A program made the position numbers and the translations under genes. A DNA stretch of 19,686 nucleotides from the NCBI GenBank assembly GCA_050178385.1, contig JBFXGD010000060.1:1-19686 (forward strand). Reading direction: 5' to 3'. The notes below the pieces were generated by a model that worked only from the letters and a program-made list of their open reading frames with translations, did not search any database and was not told the origin of the DNA. This document shows positions 9,425-16,928 of the stretch, in pieces. This DNA is from Calditrichaceae bacterium (GTDB taxonomy: Bacteria > Calditrichota > Calditrichia > Calditrichales > JBFXGD01). Within the stretch, counting starts at the first letter, position 1, and each line of letters begins with the position of its first letter.

Positions 9425-9471
9425 CATGCCAACAAAGATTATACATAAATCAATCTTTAAAAAGTGAACAG

Positions 9472-10329
9472 ATGTCCCGGATTATCAAACTTATTATAAG
9501 TGTTATCTACCGGATTATTCTCGTATTTGGAAGATTGCTGCTTCTGGTCTTCGGGAAAAAACCAAAGGCGGTTTGTACTATTCTGTATTATCATGAAGTG
9601 ACCGACGCGCAGCGGATAAAATTCGCCCGCCAGATGGATGATTTGGTAAGGTTTTGTCAACCCGTGAAAGCAGGTACAGTCGATTCACAGGCCGAAGGTA
9701 AATATTTTGCCGGTGTGACCTTTGATGACGGATTTAAAAATATCGCGAAAAACGCGCTCCCTGAGCTGATTAAAAGAAAAATACCGGCTACAATTTTTAT
9801 TCCCGTCAACTATCTTGGTAGAAAACCGGAGTGGGACGGGGAGTATTATGATGATATTATCATGACGAAAGATGAATTGCTGGAGCTTCCTGGTGATCTG
9901 GTGACCATCGGGTCACATACACTTTCACACCCGGAGCTCACAAAAACGGATGCGCGGACAGCGAAAACAGAGCTTTTCGAATCCCGCAGCATTCTTGAAT
10001 CGATGCTCGGGAAAAAAGTGAAATTGTTCAGCTTTCCTTATGGCGGACACAATACTGCCCTTATCGATCTTGCCTTGCAGGCAGGATATGACCGGGTTTT
10101 CACCATTGAACCCCATAGAGCAATCAAAACCCCGGATGAAAAAGTAACCGGCCGCGTTTGGACCAGTCCGGATGACTGGTGGTTGGAGTTCCGTCTGAAA
10201 TTATTAGGATATTATAGCTGGCTGCCCGCGTACTATTCCATGAGGCAGCTAATTTTTAAATACTCTTATTTTAATATTTTTAAATTTCGTGGTGATTCAG
10301 GCATCGAACCGTCAACAAAAAACTCATAG
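9472..10329 (+). CDS. Polysaccharide deacetylase (CE4, IcaB/PgaB-like) with N-terminal hydrophobic/amphipathic segment
   Basis: ILYYH, VTFDDG, ATIFI, GSHTLSHPEL and FSFPYG NodB-homology motifs. Confidence 0.9.
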   Translation: MSRIIKLIISVIYRIILVFGRLLLLVFGKKPKAVCTILYYHEVTDAQRIKFARQMDDLVRFCQPVKAGTVDSQAEGKYFAGVTFDDGFKNIAKNALPELIKRKIPATIFIPVNYLGRKPEWDGEYYDDIIMTKDELLELPGDLVTIGSHTLSHPELTKTDARTAKTELFESRSILESMLGKKVKLFSFPYGGHNTALIDLALQAGYDRVFTIEPHRAIKTPDEKVTGRVWTSPDDWWLEFRLKLLGYYSWLPAYYSMRQLIFKYSYFNIFKFRGDSGIEPSTKNS

Positions 10330-11696
10330 GCGCCGATGTCATATCCCATCCTCTGCGGTCGCGTGATATCCCGGAAATCAAACAAAATATCTCCCAAAAT
10401 TTTACCGGCGTCAATGAGCGGTGATTCCGGCTTAAGATTGAAATTGAGTTTTCCCGCATCGATGAATTTCGGATCCACCTGCCACAGATCACCTTCTTCT
10501 TTTTCACCTGATGGTGTTGTCCCATTGCTGTGATAATGGCAGTTATAACCGATCTCAAGACCATTGTAGGATTTTGCGTCGATAGAGATTGAACGGCAGT
10601 CATAAAAGATGTTATTCAGTACCCTTCCGTCGGGACTGTCATGCAGCTCAAAGGAATTGTTTGTCAGGTTTATGAATGTGTTGTTGACAATACTGATATT
10701 TTCAATCGGGCTGGGACCCACATCCGGATGAGAGCCAACGATATTTAAACCGCGGTAGGTGTCGTAAAAAATATTGTTTCTGAATGTCAGGTTTTTCACA
10801 GGGGCATTTAATTCGCTGACCATAAGAATCTGTTTGTTTAAGTTTGGCTCGCCGACTGAGAACATGTTTTGTTCAAAAATGATATCATAAGCGGGACCCC
10901 AGGTCTGGGCGGCGTCCACATGCGGGCTGCTGCTGTTTTCAGAATCACTCAGCAAGATATCATGTATATGGTTTTTCCGAATGATATGACCGGATCCGAA
11001 AAAGCGCATTCCGTCAGCATCCAGGCCTTTGGGATTGGTTTCTGACCATTGAACCGTATGGGTGATTTCATTGTTTTCAATCAAATGATCTTTTCCGCTG
11101 AGCTGGATACCCGCCTGGCCGCAATATTCGAATAAATTTCCGCTGACGATACAGTTTGATGTTTCGGTCGATGTATTGCTCTGACCCAGACGGACCCCTT
11201 CACGATAGACATGATGAATATGGTTATCTTGTATCTCATTATAATTTCCGGATACATGAACTCCGGCTCCGTCTTCATAATCGTCGCGGTCGCTGTTTGT
11301 GATTTCGAACCCGATAATATGAATATAATCCGCTTTGATTGTAAATCCCCTGCAAACCGCGCCTTTTTCGGCAGAATATACAATCGGGGAATTTTGTTTT
11401 CCGGAACGGGTGATTTGTACTCTCTCATCGTAATTTCCGGCTGACACCAGACAATCATCACCCGCGGACATAACATTCGCCGCCTTTCCGATGGTTTTGA
11501 ACGCGCTTCCGGCGGATATCCCTGTATTTTGGTCATTTCCGATGCCCGCGTTCACATAATATGTCGTGGCGAATGATGATGAAATCAGGAACAGGGTTAA
11601 TAGACTGCTAATGATCATTTTAAACATAGTAACGGATCCATCGGTAATAAGCCGGATGAATTTTGGGTTGCCATCTTGATTTATATCTGGACGCAT
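10266..11696 (-). CDS. Secreted right-handed parallel beta-helix protein (PL9/DUF1565-like N-terminus, choice-of-anchor-Q-like C-terminal region); candidate polysaccharide-modifying enzyme
   Basis: Signal peptide MFKMIISSLLTLFLISSSFA, then TTYYVN..GNDQNTG....AFKTIGKA; many IxxNxI PbH1 repeats; DPKF..NL...SPLIDAG...DIGAYE. Start is either ATG 11696 (AGGA SD) or ATG 11627. The track's GTG 11801 is unlikely. Confidence 0.85.
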   Translation of the reverse strand: MRPDINQDGNPKFIRLITDGSVTMFKMIISSLLTLFLISSSFATTYYVNAGIGNDQNTGISAGSAFKTIGKAANVMSAGDDCLVSAGNYDERVQITRSGKQNSPIVYSAEKGAVCRGFTIKADYIHIIGFEITNSDRDDYEDGAGVHVSGNYNEIQDNHIHHVYREGVRLGQSNTSTETSNCIVSGNLFEYCGQAGIQLSGKDHLIENNEITHTVQWSETNPKGLDADGMRFFGSGHIIRKNHIHDILLSDSENSSSPHVDAAQTWGPAYDIIFEQNMFSVGEPNLNKQILMVSELNAPVKNLTFRNNIFYDTYRGLNIVGSHPDVGPSPIENISIVNNTFINLTNNSFELHDSPDGRVLNNIFYDCRSISIDAKSYNGLEIGYNCHYHSNGTTPSGEKEEGDLWQVDPKFIDAGKLNFNLKPESPLIDAGKILGDILFDFRDITRPQRMGYDIGAYEFFVDGSMPESPRNLKILK

Positions 11697-11748
11697 ATAG
11701 TATTCCTGTGTTAGGTTGAATGGTTTTCCCGGAATTTTAGAATATATT

Positions 11749-11765
11749 TGTACAATAAATTTACA
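11749..11765. promoter_or_regulatory. Candidate sigma54 enhancer-binding-protein site (TGT-N11-ACA imperfect palindrome)
   Basis: TGTACAATAAATTTACA, lying between the sigma54 site and the beta-helix gene start. Confidence 0.45.
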
Positions 11766-11824
11766 GGCTGTGTCTGAATAAAATCGATTCACGCGATACA
11801 CTCATTGTAAAATTATATGCTGTA

Positions 11825-11837
11825 TAACCATTCTTTA
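11825..11837 (-). promoter_or_regulatory. Possible IHF-like site
   Basis: Minus strand TAAAGAATGGTTA versus the IHF consensus TAAnnnnTTGATW (2 mismatches), located between the sigma54 site and the TGT-N11-ACA box. Confidence 0.3.
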
Positions 11838-11867
11838 ATTCCGTTTATTCATGCACTTTTAAATAAA

Positions 11868-11883
11868 AGCAATTATCCTGCCA
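11868..11883 (-). promoter_or_regulatory. sigma54 (RpoN) -24/-12 promoter for the beta-helix gene
   Basis: Minus strand TGGCAGGATAATTGCT versus consensus TGGCACG-N4-TTGCW: one mismatch, exact GG-N10-GC spacing, intergenic and correctly oriented. Confidence 0.72.
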
Positions 11884-11910
11884 CAACATTATACTACTGA
11901 AAGAAATTAG

Positions 11911-12996
11911 ATGATAATCTCACAGACAGCAAGAGAGAATAAAGGTTCCGTGACGCATGGAAAAAAATATCAGGTTGAAATGATGATGATGGAAAAATGC
12001 GACTGGACAGCCATACTGGAGACGTTTTCCGATGCCGGGATTTATCAGACACATGAATACGGTGAAGTGTCTAAAGGCGGAAGCCGGTTAACCCATGTAT
12101 TATTGAGAGAAGAGGGGGTTGTGGTTGCCGCGGCGCAGATAAGGATTCAAACCGCTCATAAAATCAACAGAGGCATCGCCTACGTTTTTCACGGCCCTTT
12201 GTGGAGACGATGGGATATAAAGCCCGACGCTGAACATCTGCGCCAGATTCTTGGAGCGTTAAAGACCGAATTCGCGGTGAATCAAAAGCTGCTGCTGAGA
12301 ATTGTCCCAAAATGTTATCTTGAAGATGAACAAAATGAATCAGATGTTTTTTCCGGGCTTGAATTCAGGAAAACGGATTCTCCGGCATACAGAACAGTCT
12401 ATATGGACCTTTCCAAAACAATAGATGAAATAAGAGCTTCATTAAGCAGAAACTGGCGCAGACATCTGAACCGATCCGAAAAAAAAGGTTTGTCCGTGCG
12501 CGAAGGCACAGAAGATCAGCTTTTTGAGATATTTGAGAACCTGTATGGCGAAATGATAGACCGTAAAAATTTTTATTCGCCGCTCGAAGTAAAAAATTTC
12601 CGAAGAATGCAGAAAAAATTTGATGCTAAATTTAAAATGAAAATCATGATATGTGAGGACGCCAAAGGCCCGGTTGCCGGTATTGTGGGCACCGGTATCG
12701 GAGAGACGGGAATCTATCTTCTGGGAGCAACATCCACCCGTGGATTAAGTTCTGACGGTTCCTATCTGCTTCACTGGGAAATGATAAAATGGCTTAAAGA
12801 TCAGGGATGCCGGTGGTATGATCTGGGTGGTGTTGATCCGGTTCGGAATCCGGGAGGGTATCAGTTCAAAGAGGGGATGAGAGGCCAGGAAATCAATTTT
12901 ATTGGCACTTTTGAATATTGTGAAAATACCCTCAGTAAAATAATTGTTAAATCCGCTGAAAGAATAAAAAAAGTCACCGCTGTGGCGCGTTGGTAA
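11911..12996 (+). CDS. FemAB/FemX-like (peptidoglycan-bridge-transferase-like) tandem-GNAT protein
   Basis: IYQT..YG, GIAYVFHGPLW, YRTVYMDLS....IRASLSRNWRRHLNRSEK, SYLLHWEMIKW..GCRWYDLGGVDP..NPGGYQFKEG. Start uncertain (ATG 11911, or GTG 11950 with AAAGG). Confidence 0.87.
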   Translation: MIISQTARENKGSVTHGKKYQVEMMMMEKCDWTAILETFSDAGIYQTHEYGEVSKGGSRLTHVLLREEGVVVAAAQIRIQTAHKINRGIAYVFHGPLWRRWDIKPDAEHLRQILGALKTEFAVNQKLLLRIVPKCYLEDEQNESDVFSGLEFRKTDSPAYRTVYMDLSKTIDEIRASLSRNWRRHLNRSEKKGLSVREGTEDQLFEIFENLYGEMIDRKNFYSPLEVKNFRRMQKKFDAKFKMKIMICEDAKGPVAGIVGTGIGETGIYLLGATSTRGLSSDGSYLLHWEMIKWLKDQGCRWYDLGGVDPVRNPGGYQFKEGMRGQEINFIGTFEYCENTLSKIIVKSAERIKKVTAVARW

Positions 12997-13082
12997 TCTT
13001 ACGCAATCTAAATATCCATTCATAAAATCCATACGTCACTTCCAATTTAACGCGCATTCGAAACTGATAATTTAATATTTTC

Positions 13083-13117
13083 AAAAAGAGATCTTTCCTG
13101 ATCTCTTTTTTGTTTTT
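13083..13117 (+). terminator. Probable intrinsic terminator ending the polysaccharide locus
   Basis: Perfect inverted repeat AAAAAGAGATC-TTTCCT-GATCTCTTTTT followed by TGTTTTT. Confidence 0.7.
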
Positions 13118-13145
13118 GACAATATAATAAATGCCGACATTTTCC

Positions 13146-13174
13146 TTGTAATCATTTTACCTTGCCCGTATATT
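13146..13174 (+). promoter_or_regulatory. Candidate sigma70 promoter for the acyl-CoA dehydrogenase
   Basis: TTGTAA-17 nt-TATATT upstream of SD AAGGAG (13212-13217). The AT-rich context lowers specificity. Confidence 0.35.
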
Positions 13175-13222
13175 TTTGTATTATAGACTATTATCTGATT
13201 AAATAAATCACAAGGAGACGCT

Positions 13223-14386
13223 ATGAGTGATGTTCTTTCTGTTCTTCCGTTGACACGACTCTCTGAAGACGAAAAATTCTTTTATGATACTGTGAAAGAT
13301 TTTGCGGACGAAAAAATTAAACCGCTGGTGAGTAAAATGGATAAAGAAGCGGCCATGGACCCCTCTTTACCAAAACAATTTTTTGAAATGGGTATGATGA
13401 GTATCAATGTTCCTGAGAAATATCAGGGCGCGGGGACAACTTTTTTTATGTCCGTTCTGGCAATTGAAGCACTAAGCACGGTTGATGCCTCCGCGGGTGT
13501 GATGGTCGATGTACAGAACACTTTGGTCAACAATGCTTTTATGAACTGGGGAAGCGAAGAACTCCAGGCGAAATATCTGCCGCAGCTGGCCACTAAAAGG
13601 CTCGGCGCGTACGCGCTTTCAGAAGCCGGATCAGGAAGTGACGCGTTCGCTCTAAAAACACGCGCGGTTGATAAAGGAGATCATTGGGAACTCACAGGTC
13701 AAAAATTATGGATCACCAACGCCTACGAAGCGGAAGTATTCATATTGTTCGCCAATATCAATCCGGAGCTTGGATATAAAGGGATTACCGCGTTTATCGT
13801 AGAAAAAGATTTTAAAGGATTTTCAATCGGTAAAAAGGAGGATAAACTGGGTATCCGCGCCTCTTCCACCTGTGAACTGATCCTGGACGGTTGTATTGTG
13901 CCAAAGGCGAATGTTCTGGGAGAAGTGGGAAAAGGGTACAAAGTGGCCATCGAAACACTCAATGAAGGACGTATCGGTATTGGAGCTCAAATGGTTGGTG
14001 TGGCACAGGGCGCGTTTGACGCCGGATTGCAATACACCAAAGAGCGGGTTCAGTTTGGGAAAACCATTTCAGAGTTTCAGGGTGTTCAGTTCCAGCTGGC
14101 AGAGGCCGCTACGGAAATTGAAGCCGCAAGACTGATGGTCTATAATGCCGCGAGAATGAAGGATGCCGGAATGAACTATATCAAAGAAGCGGCTATGGCA
14201 AAATTACATGCTTCAAGGACGGCTCAAAAAGTCACTTCGATGATGATTGATTTACATGGCGGATATGGTTTTACAAAGGAATATCCGGTGGAAAAATTCT
14301 ACAGGGATTCTAAAATCGGTACGATTTACGAGGGAACCACCAACATGCAGCTGCAGACAATCGCTAAATTACTTTTGAGTGAATAA
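13223..14386 (+). CDS. Acyl-CoA dehydrogenase, short/branched-chain (ACADSB-like)
   Basis: YALSEAGSGSDA, KLWITNA, KEDKLGIRASST, LNEGRIGIGAQM, HGGYGF, YRDSKIGTIYEGT (catalytic Glu). VDASAGVMVDVQNTLVN is characteristic of the short/branched-chain clade. Confidence 0.95.
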   Translation: MSDVLSVLPLTRLSEDEKFFYDTVKDFADEKIKPLVSKMDKEAAMDPSLPKQFFEMGMMSINVPEKYQGAGTTFFMSVLAIEALSTVDASAGVMVDVQNTLVNNAFMNWGSEELQAKYLPQLATKRLGAYALSEAGSGSDAFALKTRAVDKGDHWELTGQKLWITNAYEAEVFILFANINPELGYKGITAFIVEKDFKGFSIGKKEDKLGIRASSTCELILDGCIVPKANVLGEVGKGYKVAIETLNEGRIGIGAQMVGVAQGAFDAGLQYTKERVQFGKTISEFQGVQFQLAEAATEIEAARLMVYNAARMKDAGMNYIKEAAMAKLHASRTAQKVTSMMIDLHGGYGFTKEYPVEKFYRDSKIGTIYEGTTNMQLQTIAKLLLSE

Positions 14387-14397
14387 AAGCTTTTTAT

Positions 14398-14434
14398 AAA
14401 AAAAGCCGGTTGATTGTTCAGCCGGCTTTTTTTT
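14398..14434. terminator. Bidirectional intrinsic terminator
   Basis: A7-GCCGGTTGA-TTGT-TCAGCCGGC-T8 between convergent genes; GC-rich stem with a U-tract on both strands. Confidence 0.92.
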
Positions 14435-15029
14435 AATCTACGGTGTCCATATATATCTGAAACTTACTGACAACATCCTCCGGTGGAACCTGAAATGTAC
14501 GGGATGTTAGATCAAATCTTATTGGATATACAAATTCCTGAAAATTTCCAAGTTCATCATACCAGCAAATACAGACTCCGAACTTTGGCCAGCCTGATTC
14601 ACTCTTTATTTTACCCGGATTTCTCAGTTTTTTTACACTCATTTCATAACCCGTGAGATGCGGCAGCCGTTTGTTGATGGCCGGTTCAATCTCGAGCATG
14701 GCGATTGTATTTAACTGGTTTTCGCAATGTTCCAGCAGAGATTTCTTAATGATAGATTTATCCTTCCGGATTGCTTCGCTTAAAATAGATATGTAATCTT
14801 TTTTGTCAGAGAAACTGAGATGTTTTTTCGCGTAGAAGCGGTGAGATCCCCAGCGGACCTGAAACACCCATGAATCATCCGCGTCATTATTCTTTTCATA
14901 ATGGTAAAGGTGAAATGAAAAATCGCCGCAGCGGACTTTCTCATCAGGCAGAACAAGATTAGAGCACTTTTCGAGAACGATAAACAGCTCTTTTTTATCC
15001 TTCTCAGATAATATGTTTGATTCCTGCAT
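14433..15029 (-). CDS. Hypothetical soluble protein (about 198 aa), no recognised family
   Basis: Long ORF filling the space between the MATE gene and the terminator; ATG 15029 preceded by GAAAGG; the stop abuts the terminator. Confidence 0.75.
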   Translation of the reverse strand: MQESNILSEKDKKELFIVLEKCSNLVLPDEKVRCGDFSFHLYHYEKNNDADDSWVFQVRWGSHRFYAKKHLSFSDKKDYISILSEAIRKDKSIIKKSLLEHCENQLNTIAMLEIEPAINKRLPHLTGYEMSVKKLRNPGKIKSESGWPKFGVCICWYDELGNFQEFVYPIRFDLTSRTFQVPPEDVVSKFQIYMDTVD

Positions 15030-15107
15030 AGTCAGGCCTTTCAAAATCCTGCGGTAAATTATAAAATTAAGTTCGGAATATAAAGCTCAAACTTAAAAAG
15101 TTAATCA

Positions 15108-16442
15108 TTAAATATCAGATAACTTTTTACTTTTTATATTAAACCGGATAGTGAGTAAAAATGCTGATGCTGTCAGTCCCAGCAAAAGCCCGATCCAGAC
15201 ACCCTGTACTCCGAGACCAAGGGGAAATCCAAGAATGTAACCGGCCGGAAGACCGATAATCCAGTAGGCGATAAATGTTATGATCGTCGGGATTTTTGTA
15301 TCCGCCATTCCCCGAAGAATCCCCACCCCCGCCGCCTGTATGCCGTCGGAAATCTGGAAAATCGCGGCTATAATCAGCAGAGATGAAGCGATGCTGATTA
15401 CATCCTGGTTTTCTATATAGAATCCCGAAAGCTCACGTCTGAAAACGACAAAAATCAATCCGTTTAAAGCCATTATCGACGCGGCAAGTATCACTGCGCT
15501 GAATCCAGCTGATCTGGTGCCGGGAATATCTTTTCTGCCAACAGCATTTCCGACGCGGATTACACCGGCGGCGCTGACTCCGACCGCAAACATGAATGAA
15601 GCGGATGCCAGATTAATGGCAATCTGATGCGCGGCAAGCTCATTCGTCCCGATCCAGCCGATCATAAACGCGGCGCCTGAAAACGCGCTGACTTCGAAGA
15701 AATACGTAAAACCGGACGGGATTCCGATCCTCAATATCCTTTTGATTTTTTCAAAGTCGATCCGACGAAACCGAAGCGTCGGATCATATTTTGTAAAACG
15801 GTCGGATTTCATGACATACCAGGCCAGGACCAGGGCCATGACTACCCTTGTTCCAAATGTTGAAATTCCCGCGCCTTTTAATCCCATGGCAGGGAATCCC
15901 ATTTTCCCGAATATAAATATCCAGTTAAAGAAAATATTAAAAATATTCGCGCCGATGGTGATAATCATTGCGGGACGAATGATTGATATCCCTTCTGTGA
16001 ACTGTCGGTATGATTGAAAAATCATAAACGGCAGCATTGACAAACCCAGCATTCTCAGGTAGGGAATGGCCTCAATGACAACCTCGTCCGGTTGTCGAAG
16101 GTGAATGATCAAACCGGTGGTGGACAGGACAATCACCATTAAAATGATTCCGCTTAGCGTGTTTACAAGAAGTCCCTGCCGGAACACGACGCCGCATTCA
16201 TCATGATTACCTACCCCGTCTGCCATTGCCACTAATGGAGTTATGGCAAATGAGATTCCCAGTCCGATAACCATCACCTGCATAAAAATGGCGTTTCCCA
16301 GAGAAGCGCCGGCCAGGGGTACGGGACCAAGTTTCCCGACCATCACATTATCCACGACACTCATCATCATGTGGCCAAGCTGCCCGATGATGATCGGATA
16401 AGCCAGGTTCATTGTTGTTCCAAACTGCATTTTTGCGCGCAC
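15108..16442 (-). CDS. MATE-family efflux transporter (NorM-like)
   Basis: LAYPIIIGQLG...VVDNVMVGKLG, NWIFIFGKMGFPAMGLKGAG, IGIPSG..FFEV, ELAAHQIA, FQISDGIQ..GILRG..DT. Likely start is GTG 16442 or ATG 16430 rather than TTG 16547. Confidence 0.93.
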   Translation of the reverse strand: MRAKMQFGTTMNLAYPIIIGQLGHMMMSVVDNVMVGKLGPVPLAGASLGNAIFMQVMVIGLGISFAITPLVAMADGVGNHDECGVVFRQGLLVNTLSGIILMVIVLSTTGLIIHLRQPDEVVIEAIPYLRMLGLSMLPFMIFQSYRQFTEGISIIRPAMIITIGANIFNIFFNWIFIFGKMGFPAMGLKGAGISTFGTRVVMALVLAWYVMKSDRFTKYDPTLRFRRIDFEKIKRILRIGIPSGFTYFFEVSAFSGAAFMIGWIGTNELAAHQIAINLASASFMFAVGVSAAGVIRVGNAVGRKDIPGTRSAGFSAVILAASIMALNGLIFVVFRRELSGFYIENQDVISIASSLLIIAAIFQISDGIQAAGVGILRGMADTKIPTIITFIAYWIIGLPAGYILGFPLGLGVQGVWIGLLLGLTASAFLLTIRFNIKSKKLSDI

Positions 16443-16928
16443 GGGATGTTCCGGTCTTATTATAAATTCGTGGCAGCCGTTATTGCTCCGCAAGTCAGCT
16501 ACCCGGGGTACAATCAAATTTTTACTTTGCCCGGCAGCCGTCGTCAATTAGAAAACGGAATTAGAGCAGGTGTTTTTTTACGATAAAATTTAATTATCAT
16601 TTTTGGAATAAACGGAATATCAGAAATCGTCGTCAAACTTCCAAAGTTTTTTTATAATTAATCTGTCAGTAGGAATGTTAAATTATTCCGAAATAATGAA
16701 TATTATTTATCTGACCGATTCTCCGTATAAAGATGGTAAGAATCGTTTTCTGATTACTCCATTCGCTTTATAACATGCGAAGGATGATTAATCTTAATGA
16801 AATTTTTATAACGAATATCAGGCTGAAAGGCTATTTTTAGGTCAATTAAACTTGTTATTCGGGCATAATTCTATTATTTTCATGCCTTTCCGAAAGAGTG
16901 TTAAATTGTTGTTTAGAAAGTTTATAAA

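Noticed and set aside
11697..11801. N-terminal extension of the beta-helix ORF from GTG 11801
   Set aside because: It would bury the signal peptide about 58 residues in, has no SD, and overlaps the candidate regulatory box; more likely 5' leader.
11980..11991. (ATG)4 run giving MMMM in the second FemAB-like gene
   Set aside because: Short in-frame trinucleotide run; slippage would not shift the frame, and conserved-looking sequence begins upstream of it.
16443..16547. N-terminal extension of MATE from TTG 16547, and a possible c-di-GMP-like riboswitch in this leader
   Set aside because: MATE similarity begins near MQFGTTMNLAYP. The GGCAAA and GGCAGCCG fragments are not in the order or strand needed, and the GAAA-loop/GCAAAG core is missing.
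16717..16746. Imperfect hairpin CGATTCT...AGAATCG in the MATE/mtaB intergenic region
   Set aside because: Bulged, weak stem with no matching RNA family recognised; cannot be supported as a terminator or ncRNA.
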